From Buchnera aphidicola str. APS (Acyrthosiphon pisum) (GTDB lineage Bacteria > Pseudomonadota > Gammaproteobacteria > Enterobacterales > Enterobacteriaceae): a stretch of 32,000 nt of DNA. Positions within the stretch are counted from its first letter, which is position 1, and each line of letters begins with the position of its first letter. Position numbers and translations under genes: made by a program. Below are positions 22,534 through 32,000 of the stretch, piece by piece. Where the stretch lies: positions 60,001-92,000 of the forward strand of contig NC_002528.1 in assembly GCF_000009605.1 (NCBI RefSeq), in the 5' to 3' direction. The notes beneath the pieces are model-generated. The model had not been told where the DNA came from and searched no databases. It worked only from the letters and a program-made list of their open reading frames with translations.

Positions 22534-22764
22534 AAAACGGGGCATTTTTTTAGAAACACAAAAAATACCACAGAAAAAAAATTTTTAAGAGAACTATTTA
22601 AACATAAAAATAATTTCAATAAAATTCATGAATCAAGTAATATTAAAAAAAAAAATGATTTCGACTTTAAAAATCTAAAAAATAAAACACTTCAAAAAAA
22701 AATAAATGTTTTTGACACCATTAAAAATCACATAAAAATTATAAATAACGAAGAAAAAATTATT

Positions 22765-23331
22765 TTGCCATTAAATATTAAAAAAAATAAAAAGATTGTA
22801 TTTGATTCTAAAAATATCAATAAAATCAATCCCATGATCAGTAAAAGACATTCATGTAAAATTCTTTCTAATAAAAAGGAATTTATAAAATCATATATAG
22901 AACCATTTATGTCGAGCGACACAAAAAATTCTATTGAATGGAAAAAATTAATTAGTCATAAAATACTTTTATCAATTTCTAATAAGTACAATCAAGCTAA
23001 GATACATTTGAAACCGGAATCGCTAGGGTCTATATATGTATCAATTAGCATGAAAAATAATATTGCCACATTAAAATTTATTTCTGAACATAATGAAGTC
23101 AAAACATTTTTAGACAGTTATATGCCTTTTTTGTATAATTCATTAAAGAAAAATGGAATTAAATTAAAAGAATTTAAGATTTCTATTTCTTCAAAAAAAA
23201 ACCAGTTAAAAAATTATAAAAACTTATTTTATAAAAATATTTATTACACAGATCATATCAAGAAAACATTAAATTGGAATGAAAAAAAAATAGACTATAT
23301 AAAAGATAAAACAATTGATGTATATGTTTAA
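22765..23331 (+). CDS. fliK: C-terminal fragment of FliK carrying the hook-length control / T3S4 domain. The start is uncertain: TTG at 22765 in the ORF track, first in-frame ATG at 22834.
   Basis: HLKPESLGSIYVSISMKNNIATLKFISEHNEVKTFLDSYMPFLYNSLKKNGIKL aligns with E. coli FliK [55 protein letters not shown]. Confidence 0.8.
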   Translation: MPLNIKKNKKIVFDSKNINKINPMISKRHSCKILSNKKEFIKSYIEPFMSSDTKNSIEWKKLISHKILLSISNKYNQAKIHLKPESLGSIYVSISMKNNIATLKFISEHNEVKTFLDSYMPFLYNSLKKNGIKLKEFKISISSKKNQLKNYKNLFYKNIYYTDHIKKTLNWNEKKIDYIKDKTIDVYV

Positions 23332-23436
23332 TAAATAATATAAAATATTTATTCAAAAAATAATGATACTATTCGATATAAAAAATCAAGCGTGTTAGCT
23401 TGTCTTTTAATAACTTTTACCTGTGAGGCATGTAAA

Positions 23437-24733
<1,297 letters not shown>

Positions 24734-24744
24734 ATAAAAATTTT

Positions 24745-25884
24745 ATGAAAAATAATTTGTTTTTTCAATCAATATCAAATTCTCTTCATCCAATATTTAA
24801 CAGTGAAAAATTTTTACAAATAATGAGTTCATTGTCTGAAATAATATTGCTAATATTAATTTTTAGTTGGATCTTAAAAAAGATTTCTTCTTTTAAAATT
24901 AACAAGATAATATCTCGTATGAAAATTATAGAAAGATTGTCTGTTGGATCTCAAGAATCTATTATTCTTGTAGAAGTTAAACAATTAAGATTATTATTAG
25001 GTGTGACAAAAAAAAATATTAGTCATTTGCATACGTTTCCGTCTAATTCAAAAGATGAACTAATTAAAGAAACAAATGATACTTTGTTGCAAAAAAATCT
25101 TTTTGATCGTTCTTTGAAAAATTTTTCTAAAACATCCTGGAAAAAAACAATGTTTTATAGAATTATTCCATTTGTATTTTTATTGTCACTTTGCCCTTCC
25201 GCGCATGCAGATATGCCTGGTTTAACAAGTCATATTTTAGATGATGGCAGTCAAACTTGGTCTGTACCAGTGCAAACATTAGTTTTTTTGACATCTCTGA
25301 CTTTTCTTCCAGCATTTCTTTTGATGATGACCAGCTTTACAAGGATCGTGATTGTTTTTGGTCTATTACGAAATGCATTGGGAACTCCATATGCACCACC
25401 AAATCAAATATTACTTGGTTTAGCTCTTTTTTTAACTTTTTTCATAATGTCTCCTACATTTGAAAAAATCTATAAAGATGCTTATGTACCATTTAGTCAA
25501 GAAAAAATGAATATGGAAGACGCTATTTTAAAAGGTTCAATGCCATTAAAGAAATTCATGTTAAATCAAATACGTACACCTGATTTAGAATTGTTTTCAA
25601 AATTAGCCCATATTTCTTCTTATAAAAATAAAAATGATATACCAATGCGAATTTTATTGCCTTCATTTATTACAAGTGAATTAAAAACAGCTTTTCAAAT
25701 TGGATTTACTATTTTTATACCTTTTTTAATTATTGATTTGGTTGTAGCTAGTGTATTAATGGCTCTTGGTATGATGATGGTACCACCTTCAACAATTTCC
25801 TTGCCTTTTAAATTAATGTTGTTTGTTCTAGTAGACGGATGGCAACTATTAATTACTTCATTAGCACATAGTTTTAATACATAA
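24745..25884 (+). CDS. fliP: Single 379-aa ORF encoding a FliO-like N-terminal module (residues 1-135) fused in frame to full-length FliP (residues 136-379)
   Basis: The C-terminal 244 aa are highly similar to E. coli FliP ([64 protein letters not shown], ..[24 protein letters not shown]). The N-terminal part aligns to FliO ([16 protein letters not shown]; [40 protein letters not shown] against LKISASASLGARERVVVVDVEDARLVLGVTAGQINLLHKLP). The internal ATG is at 25150. Confidence 0.92.
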   Translation: MKNNLFFQSISNSLHPIFNSEKFLQIMSSLSEIILLILIFSWILKKISSFKINKIISRMKIIERLSVGSQESIILVEVKQLRLLLGVTKKNISHLHTFPSNSKDELIKETNDTLLQKNLFDRSLKNFSKTSWKKTMFYRIIPFVFLLSLCPSAHADMPGLTSHILDDGSQTWSVPVQTLVFLTSLTFLPAFLLMMTSFTRIVIVFGLLRNALGTPYAPPNQILLGLALFLTFFIMSPTFEKIYKDAYVPFSQEKMNMEDAILKGSMPLKKFMLNQIRTPDLELFSKLAHISSYKNKNDIPMRILLPSFITSELKTAFQIGFTIFIPFLIIDLVVASVLMALGMMMVPPSTISLPFKLMLFVLVDGWQLLITSLAHSFNT

Positions 25885-25955
25885 TATTTTTATAAAATAT
25901 TTTTTGTTTATTACAAATAATTTTAAATCAACTTTAAAAATGGAGATGTTTATTT

Positions 25956-26225
25956 ATGACATCCGAATATGTAATGGAATTATTTTATAATGCTATGAAA
26001 GTTGCCTTGATTATTGCATCACCATTATTATTGGCAGCTTTAATTAGTGGTTTAATTATCAGTATATTACAAGCAGCTACACAAGTGAATGAACAAACTT
26101 TATCTTTTATACCTAAAATTATTTCTGTTTTAGGCGTAATATCAATACTTGGACCTTGGATGTTAGGTGTTATGCTGGATTATATGCATAATTTATTTAA
26201 TAACATAATATTGATTATCAAATAA
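25956..26225 (+). CDS. fliQ: Flagellar export gate protein FliQ (89 aa)
   Basis: ..PLLLAALISGLIISILQAATQVNEQTLSFIPKI... is the canonical FliQ/SctS sequence, with the same length as E. coli (89 aa). A TGGAGA SD is present. Confidence 0.96.
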   Translation: MTSEYVMELFYNAMKVALIIASPLLLAALISGLIISILQAATQVNEQTLSFIPKIISVLGVISILGPWMLGVMLDYMHNLFNNIILIIK

Positions 26226-27001
26226 TGTTAACATTTAACAGTTTACAATTGATAACTTTAATTAGTAATTTTTTTTGGCCTATGATAAGAGTTTTATCTT
26301 TTTTTTCTGTTGCACCTATTTTTAAGGAAAAACTGATAAATAGGAAGAGCAAAATTCTTTTGTCTGGTATGATTAGTTGGTTAGTATGGCCCTTTTTGCC
26401 TGAAGTTCATACAGTATTATTTTCATACTTTGGATTTTTATTGATTTTACAACAAATATTAATTGGTATTGTTTTGGGTTTTACTGCACAATTATTGTTT
26501 GCTACAATAAATTTATCCGGTGAAATAATAGGCTTACAAATGGGTCTATCATTTGCAACCTTTTTTAATAATAATAGTCAAATTGGCACCTCTATAATAT
26601 CTCGTTTTTTGAATATTTTAGCTTTGTTTGTATTTATAACTCTTAATATGCATCTTTATTTAATTTCGATAGTAATTGATAGTTTTTATAGTATGCCTAT
26701 TGATGGTTATTTTTTAAATGTAAATATTTTTTTTATTTTATTAAAATTTTCTAGTTCTATTTTTTTAAACGGTCTTTTATTAGTTTTACCAATTATGATT
26801 ATTTTATTATCTATTAGTTTTGTAATGAGCTTATTAAATCGTTTATCTCCTCAGATATCTATTTTTTCCATTGGTTTTCCTTTAAATTTAATATTAGGGA
26901 TGTTAATGTTATATTTTTTAATACCTGTTATGCTGCCTTTTTTAAAAAAAATTTTAGATGATTTGATATTTTTTATGAATAATAATCTTTTACATATATA
27001 G
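26225..27001 (+). CDS. fliR: Flagellar export gate protein FliR (258 aa)
   Basis: Polytopic membrane ORF whose ATG overlaps the fliQ TAA (TAATG). FWP..RV..F....P.F and GL.MG.SFA..F..... follow the FliR/SctT pattern. The size is like E. coli (261 aa). Confidence 0.92.
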   Translation: MLTFNSLQLITLISNFFWPMIRVLSFFSVAPIFKEKLINRKSKILLSGMISWLVWPFLPEVHTVLFSYFGFLLILQQILIGIVLGFTAQLLFATINLSGEIIGLQMGLSFATFFNNNSQIGTSIISRFLNILALFVFITLNMHLYLISIVIDSFYSMPIDGYFLNVNIFFILLKFSSSIFLNGLLLVLPIMIILLSISFVMSLLNRLSPQISIFSIGFPLNLILGMLMLYFLIPVMLPFLKKILDDLIFFMNNNLLHI

Positions 27002-27091
27002 TTTTAATTTTTTCTATATAATTTAAAAATATACTTGTTTCATATGAATGTATATCTTATGAATTTTAATATTTAAAAAATTTCTACAAAT

Positions 27092-27122
27092 AAAGTATAA
27101 TTTTTTAAAAAAATTATACTTT
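27092..27122. terminator. 31-bp perfect palindrome (15-bp arms) between the convergent fliR and rpmG; candidate bidirectional terminator
   Basis: AAAGTATAATTTTTT a AAAAAATTATACTTT, with arms at 27092-27106 and 27108-27122. It sits 91 bp after the fliR stop and 31 bp after the rpmG stop, with T-rich flanks on both strands. The stem is almost entirely A:T. Confidence 0.4.
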
Positions 27123-27153
27123 AATTTTTAGTGTAAAAAAATAGATTATTTTT

Positions 27154-27321
27154 TTATTTAATTTTTCCTTCATTATATAAGATGTGTTTACGAATTACAG
27201 GATCATATTTTTTTAATTTTAATTTATCTGGTGTGTTTCTTTTATTTTTAGTCGTGGTGTAATAGTGTCCAGTTCCTGCAGAAGATATCATTTTTATTTT
27301 TTCACGAGATTTTTTAGCCAT
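27154..27321 (-). CDS. rpmG: 50S ribosomal protein L33 (55 aa)
   Basis: Hand translation gives [55 protein letters not shown], against E. coli [55 protein letters not shown]. An AGGTGA SD lies in the 10-nt gap after rpmB. It is missing from the ORF track because it is short. Confidence 0.97.
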   Translation of the reverse strand: MAKKSREKIKMISSAGTGHYYTTTKNKRNTPDKLKLKKYDPVIRKHILYNEGKIK

Positions 27322-27331
27322 TGATTCACCT

Positions 27332-27559
27332 TTATTTTTTCATATTTATTTTTCTTATTACTGTTTCAATTCCTTTTTTATCAATATAACGCATACCATT
27401 GGTCGAAACATGTAACTTAATAAATCTTTTTTCATCAGCAATCCAAAATCGATGGTATTGAATGTTTATTAAAAATTTTCTTTTGGTGGCATTTAAAGCG
27501 TGAGAACGATTATTGCCAATCATTCTTTTTTTACCTGTGATCTGACATATACGTGACAT
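27332..27559 (-). CDS. rpmB: 50S ribosomal protein L28 (75 aa from the ATG at 27559)
   Basis: [64 protein letters not shown] matches E. coli L28 from its Met1 ([29 protein letters not shown]..). The 5-codon TTG-start extension in the ORF track was rejected. Confidence 0.96.
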   Translation of the reverse strand: MSRICQITGKKRMIGNNRSHALNATKRKFLINIQYHRFWIADEKRFIKLHVSTNGMRYIDKKGIETVIRKINMKK

Positions 27560-27904
27560 GAGGTGTTCTCTCAAATTAATATTTGATATTATTTTAAATT
27601 AAAAAACATTATAATTTTTACTTTTTATAAAGTAGAGAACAATATTTTAACATATTATAAAAAACTATAATAGTTGTTTAATTTTTCACGTGTTTTATGA
27701 AGTGAATATAATATGTTATAAAATTAAAATGAGTTCTAATATAATAGAAATATATTATAAAAACATGCAAAAAAATAGTTTTCAAGTAGAAAAATATCGT
27801 CTTTTTTTTATTTTTAATATAAAATATATGATGTTAACTATTAGTTAATTTATTATAAATTAATTTTTATATTTATAATTTAATACTAAATCAGGACAAT
27901 TTTT

Positions 27905-30817
27905 ATGAGTATATATCGGAGATATATATCTAAATCTGTAATTTTTTTTTCTGTTTTCTTTGTTATATTTTTTTTATTTATAGAAAGCAGTGTTGGTTTT
28001 AAATATATTTTTAATTTTACGAATCGTATTTTTATAGGATTGAAAGCAGAAGAAATATCAGGAAATTGGCGTGATTTTACATTAAAAAATATTAAATATG
28101 ATGTTTTTGGAATCTCCATAACAGCTAATAGTTTACATATAGTATTAGACACTAGATCTTTATTTAAAATGTCAACAATTTTCAAAAAGATTGAGACAAA
28201 AAATGTAATACTTTCATTAAAAAAAAATACCGCTTCTAATTTTTCACAAAACAGCCTACCCTCTAAGATTTCAAAAAACATTTTTTTTATAAAATATCCG
28301 ATTATTTTAAAAAAAATACATGCAGATAAAATTCTTTTTACATCACCTAAAGTACGTGTATCTTTTTTAGATGTTTTAAGTGGCATAAAATTGGTTAGAA
28401 ATAATATTATTTTTTCACCTACTTATATAAATACTATTCATGTATCGTCTGCAAAATTTAATTTTGAAAAAAAAAATATTTTAAATAAATCAACTATTAT
28501 TAAAAATTTTAATAAAATTAAAAAAATATATAGTTTTTCGTATTTTTCTTCAAATCAAACAAAAAAAAATTTTCCATTAAATATTTATTTGAAGTCTTTA
28601 AAATGCAATAAAACACAATTTATAGATTATGAATATAAGAATCTATTGCAAGTAGAGTTACAAGCTAATATAGAAAATAATATTTTACAAATAAATAAAA
28701 TGAAAGTAGATTCTTCCTTTTTAAAGATGAATTCTTATGGAAAAGTTATTTTTAATAATGATTATTCTATTTCATGTGTGATGAATAGTAAAACAGTAAT
28801 ACCAAGCTTGTATAATAAAAGTATAAATTTTCAACTTAAAGCCAATTTTAACGTAGATCATCAATTAATATTTAAATTAATCTCTAAAGATTTATATAAT
28901 ATGAAAATTAATGGTTTAGTATTTTTAAATTTTTCAGATTATCCATTTTTTATAAAATTACAGAGTCGTAATTTATCTTGTGTAATTAAAAAAAATTATA
29001 TATTTAAATTAAAAAGTTTTGATGGTGTTTTAAAAGGATATATTAATAATTATTTTTTTTCTTTAAAAAATATTTTTACTTTACAAGATTTGCCTCCAAT
29101 TTTCATTGATATTCAAGGGAGAGGTGATTTAAATAATATTTTTTTAAAAAAAATTAATTTTTTTCCGATCAAACAAAAAAAATTTTATAAAAAAGTAATT
29201 CATCCAGAAGATTATATAAAATACAATCAATATATATTAAAATTAATAGGACAAATTAACATCACAGGAAAATCTGATAGACATACACATTATGTACATA
29301 TCCCTAAAATAGATTTATATGCTAATATAATGAAAAAAAAATTATCTATATTAGGCGCTTTATATTATAAAAATTTTAATTTTATAGAAACTCCTGGGAT
29401 AAATTTACTTTTAGGAAAAAATAAACTGTATTTAAGAGGTTCATTAGGAAAAAAATATAATATTTATTCATCTATTTATGCGAATAATTTAGATTATTTT
29501 TTTCCTAAATTACAAGGTAGAATGCAAGCTAAAGTGAATTTTCTAGGAAATAATAAATTTCCTATTATATCTAGCAAAATTTTAGCTCGAGACTTAAATT
29601 GGAACAACATATATTTTAAGAATATTAAAGTACTTACGGGAATAAATATTAATAATACATTTTCAGGAAAAATGTTAATATATGCAAATAAAATTCATTT
29701 TTATAAATTTTATATTAATACTTTACATATTCAAACTTATTCGAATAATCATAAACAAAATTTTTCTTTTTTATTAAAAAGTAATCGATTACATATAAAT
29801 TTAATAATAAATGGAGCTTTTAATAATAAGACAGGACATTGGCATGGTTTTTTTAAAAAAATAAATATTCGTACTTTTTGGGGGCAAGTTACTGCAAAAA
29901 AAAATAATTTTATTCATTATTATGATTCTCATAACAGTATCACTAATTTTTATCAAAAAAGTATCAAAAAAAGGAATTGTTTTTCATCTTTTTTATACAA
30001 TGTAAAGATGTCTTTTTTTAATTTATTTAATAGATCCTTCATTAGTTTTGAAAGTAAATTATCTATTAATGCAAAATTAAAATTAATATTAGGAAAAATG
30101 ATTTCTGATGGTGCAATTTTTTTAAAAGGCAATAATACGAAATTAGAAAAAAAAATTAATAAAAAAATTTTTATTCAAAATATAGATTTTTTTAAAATAT
30201 CTATGAATTTAATAAAAAATGATTTTAAAAGTAAATGGATAATAAAAAAAAATAAAAAATTATCGAATAATAAAAATATTTTTGGGTATTTAAACATTAT
30301 AGACATTTACAACAAAAAAAACATAAAAGGTGAATTTATCTTTTATAAATTTCCTTTTTCTTTTATAAATTTTTTTACTACAAATTTTAAAGAAGTTAGT
30401 GGTAAGTTTCAAAGTAAAATAAAATTATTTGGAACTTTATATCAGCCTAAAGTTTTGGCCGATGTACATTTTAAAAATATTTTTATTAGAAGTAACAACA
30501 TATTAAAGTATATAACTTTATTTTTTCCTTATTTTTTAGGAAAAGTAGATAATATAAAGATTAATCAAGAAATAATGATGAATAAAGGAAATATATTATT
30601 TACATTAAAACCATTTTTCAAAAATAACTCTGCTGATATAGAATGGAATATTGCATTTAATAGCAAAAAAATATCAGTATTAATTTTTCCAAAAATAAAG
30701 GTAAAATTTTCTTCGAAATTAAATTTGCATTATTTATTTTCAAAATATGACTTAATTGGATATATAAAATTTTCCTTATTTTACTTTCAAATTAACGAAA
30801 AAAATTTTATTTTTTAA
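27905..30817 (+). CDS. tamB: TamB (YtfN)-like inner-membrane-anchored translocation and assembly module / AsmA-like protein, 970 aa
   Basis: An N-terminal signal-anchor, then ..GLKAEEISGNWRDFTLKNIKYDVFGISITANSLHIVLD aligning with E. coli TamB ..[38 protein letters not shown]. The remainder is extremely N/K/I/F-rich and cannot be aligned by eye. AGGA lies 9 nt upstream of the ATG. It lies near ppa, as ytfN does in E. coli. Confidence 0.8.
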   Translation: MSIYRRYISKSVIFFSVFFVIFFLFIESSVGFKYIFNFTNRIFIGLKAEEISGNWRDFTLKNIKYDVFGISITANSLHIVLDTRSLFKMSTIFKKIETKNVILSLKKNTASNFSQNSLPSKISKNIFFIKYPIILKKIHADKILFTSPKVRVSFLDVLSGIKLVRNNIIFSPTYINTIHVSSAKFNFEKKNILNKSTIIKNFNKIKKIYSFSYFSSNQTKKNFPLNIYLKSLKCNKTQFIDYEYKNLLQVELQANIENNILQINKMKVDSSFLKMNSYGKVIFNNDYSISCVMNSKTVIPSLYNKSINFQLKANFNVDHQLIFKLISKDLYNMKINGLVFLNFSDYPFFIKLQSRNLSCVIKKNYIFKLKSFDGVLKGYINNYFFSLKNIFTLQDLPPIFIDIQGRGDLNNIFLKKINFFPIKQKKFYKKVIHPEDYIKYNQYILKLIGQINITGKSDRHTHYVHIPKIDLYANIMKKKLSILGALYYKNFNFIETPGINLLLGKNKLYLRGSLGKKYNIYSSIYANNLDYFFPKLQGRMQAKVNFLGNNKFPIISSKILARDLNWNNIYFKNIKVLTGININNTFSGKMLIYANKIHFYKFYINTLHIQTYSNNHKQNFSFLLKSNRLHINLIINGAFNNKTGHWHGFFKKINIRTFWGQVTAKKNNFIHYYDSHNSITNFYQKSIKKRNCFSSFLYNVKMSFFNLFNRSFISFESKLSINAKLKLILGKMISDGAIFLKGNNTKLEKKINKKIFIQNIDFFKISMNLIKNDFKSKWIIKKNKKLSNNKNIFGYLNIIDIYNKKNIKGEFIFYKFPFSFINFFTTNFKEVSGKFQSKIKLFGTLYQPKVLADVHFKNIFIRSNNILKYITLFFPYFLGKVDNIKINQEIMMNKGNILFTLKPFFKNNSADIEWNIAFNSKKISVLIFPKIKVKFSSKLNLHYLFSKYDLIGYIKFSLFYFQINEKNFIF

Positions 30818-30832
30818 TGTTATCAAAAAATA

Positions 30833-31381
30833 TCACTTATTTAAAAAGATACTATTTTTTTTAGCACGGTTATATGCATCATTAATTTCTAATTTTGCAT
30901 CTTGACAGTTTCCCCATCCAATAATTTCCACCCATTTTTCTTTTTCTAATGTTTTATAATTCTGAAAAAAATGAGTAATTTGCTTTTTTAACAATTCTGA
31001 TATATCTGATATATCATTTATGTTTTTATATTCTTGGCAAATTTTACTTTTGGGTACTGCTATTATTTTAGCATCATCACCTGATTCATCTTGCATATTT
31101 AATATCCCAATAGGTTTACAATGAATGACACAGCTAGACTTTATTGGGTAATGAGAAGGTACTAAAACATCTAAGGGATCACCATCTAAAGATAAAGTAT
31201 GATTAATATAACCATAGTTACAGGGATAGAACATTGGAGTAGGTATAAAACGATCGACAAAAAGCATTCCTGATTTTTTATCTACCTCATATTTAATAGG
31301 GGATGAATTTGATGAAATTTCTATAATAACATATATATCATTTGGTATATCATCACCAGCAACAATTTTATTTAAATTCAT
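30833..31381 (-). CDS. ppa: Inorganic pyrophosphatase Ppa (182 aa)
   Basis: ..DIYVIIEIS.NSSPIKYEVDKKSGMLFVDRF..TPMFYPCNYGYINHTLSLDGDPLDVLVP.. is nearly identical to the E. coli Ppa core. Confidence 0.97.
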   Translation of the reverse strand: MNLNKIVAGDDIPNDIYVIIEISSNSSPIKYEVDKKSGMLFVDRFIPTPMFYPCNYGYINHTLSLDGDPLDVLVPSHYPIKSSCVIHCKPIGILNMQDESGDDAKIIAVPKSKICQEYKNINDISDISELLKKQITHFFQNYKTLEKEKWVEIIGWGNCQDAKLEINDAYNRAKKNSIFLNK

Positions 31382-31574
31382 TTTTTTTCCTTATTAATAC
31401 TTTGTGATTATTTTATATAATTTTAAGATAAGTAGATGAGTTTATAGTTTTAAATAAATTTTAACATCGAAGAATAATTATATCTACGTTTTGTACAAAG
31501 TAATGTGTTTTAATTTTGAATGTTTTTTAATATAATATTTATATACAAAAAACATGTTGTAAGGATTTATATAT

Positions 31575-32000
31575 ATGCAATTAATTAAAGAAATAGAAAA
31601 CGAAGAATTACATCTTGTGAATACAGTAAAAAACACTCTTAAACTATCTAAAAATATTAATGCCTCTGTAGAAGTATTTATAAAAAAAACAATAGGTATT
31701 AGTGTTAATGTAAGAAATAATGTTGTTGAAAATGTAGAGTTTAATAGCGATGGTGGATTGTTTATAACAGTATATAATAAGTTCTCTAAAGGTAGTGTTT
31801 CATCTAAAGATTTTAGTATTAAGAACATTAAAAATATGTTAGACATAGCTATTAATATTTCAAAATATTCTTCTTCTGATTTTTTCTCAGGTTTGCCGGA
31901 CATAAAATTTTTATGCTTTCATTCTATGGAACTTGATTTGTTTCATCCGTGGGAATTTAACATAGAAAATGCCATTAAGATGTCTATATTATCAGAAAAA
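31575..32000 (+). CDS. pmbA: Metalloprotease PmbA (TldE), N-terminal 142 codons; continues beyond the window end
   Basis: Hand translation gives [26 protein letters not shown]....[50 protein letters not shown].., against E. coli PmbA ..[50 protein letters not shown]. An AAGGA SD lies 9 nt upstream. The frame is open to position 32000. Confidence 0.92.
   Translation, partial: MQLIKEIENEELHLVNTVKNTLKLSKNINASVEVFIKKTIGISVNVRNNVVENVEFNSDGGLFITVYNKFSKGSVSSKDFSIKNIKNMLDIAINISKYSSSDFFSGLPDIKFLCFHSMELDLFHPWEFNIENAIKMSILSEK

Larger units (their letters stand above)
22195..23331 (+). pseudogene. fliK: fliK (hook-length control protein) reading frame of 378 codons, interrupted by one in-frame TAA at 22531-22533
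   Basis: Both ORFs share one frame, and the 77 codons between them (22534-22764) contain no stop. The total length is close to E. coli FliK (375 aa). The locus sits between fliJ and fliM. Confidence 0.6.

Noticed and set aside
23373-23380. TCGATATA upstream of fliM, as a possible sigma-28 -10 (GCCGATAA)
   Set aside because: It matches poorly and has no TAAA -35 at the correct spacing. Such symbionts are reported to lack fliA.
27729-27848. 39-codon ORF (MSSNIIEIYYKNMQKNSFQVEKYRLFFIFNIKYMMLTIS) in the rpmB-tamB spacer, considered as a tamA remnant
   Set aside because: It has no resemblance to TamA/POTRA sequence and no SD. Its length is within chance expectation.
27886-28386. 166-aa - strand ORF opposite the start of tamB
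   Set aside because: The + strand frame has a clear TamB N-terminal match. Codons made only of A and T (AAA, AAT, ATT, TTT) also read as sense codons on the opposite strand, so long antisense ORFs are expected. No SD or homology is evident.
31484-31903. 139-aa - strand ORF
   Set aside because: It is antisense to pmbA, whose translation matches E. coli PmbA closely.

Overview
The window is very AT-rich (roughly three quarters A+T by eye), gene-dense and intron-free. Its proteins are clearly gamma-proteobacterial (Enterobacterales-like) but strongly biased toward K, N, I and F. Gene content and order look like an obligate insect endosymbiont of the Buchnera aphidicola type; that call rests on recognition, not a search.

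Gene order:
- rpoD(partial)-dnaG-rpsU (-), tsaD (+), ribB (-), a kinase-only hldE (-), cca (+), uppP (-)
- crr-ptsI-ptsH-cysK (-), ligA (+), tRNA-Lys and tRNA-Val (-), gltX (+), tRNA-Ala (+)
- an 11-kb flagellar type III export and basal-body cluster: fliE (-), then fliF-G-H-I-J-K(split)-M-N-(O::P)-Q-R (+)
- rpmG-rpmB (-), tamB (+), ppa (-), pmbA (partial, +)

I see no CRISPR array, transposase, integrase, phage genes, toxin-antitoxin or defence-type genes, and no large unexplained ORF. I therefore do not claim a new system.

The points worth a second look are signs of genome reduction:
- fliK is broken by a single in-frame TAA.
- fliO and fliP form one fused ORF that keeps the FliP signal-peptide cleavage site.
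- FliM lacks the CheY-docking N-terminus, and fliL is missing.
- HldE keeps only its kinase domain.
- Cca has a degenerate HD motif, while all three tRNA genes lack an encoded CCA.
- tamB is shortened and has no tamA beside it.
- A few non-coding structures stand out: a 31-bp perfect palindrome, a duplicated promoter module upstream of tRNA-Ala, tandem dyads between fliE and fliF, and a GC-rich hairpin between rpsU and dnaG.
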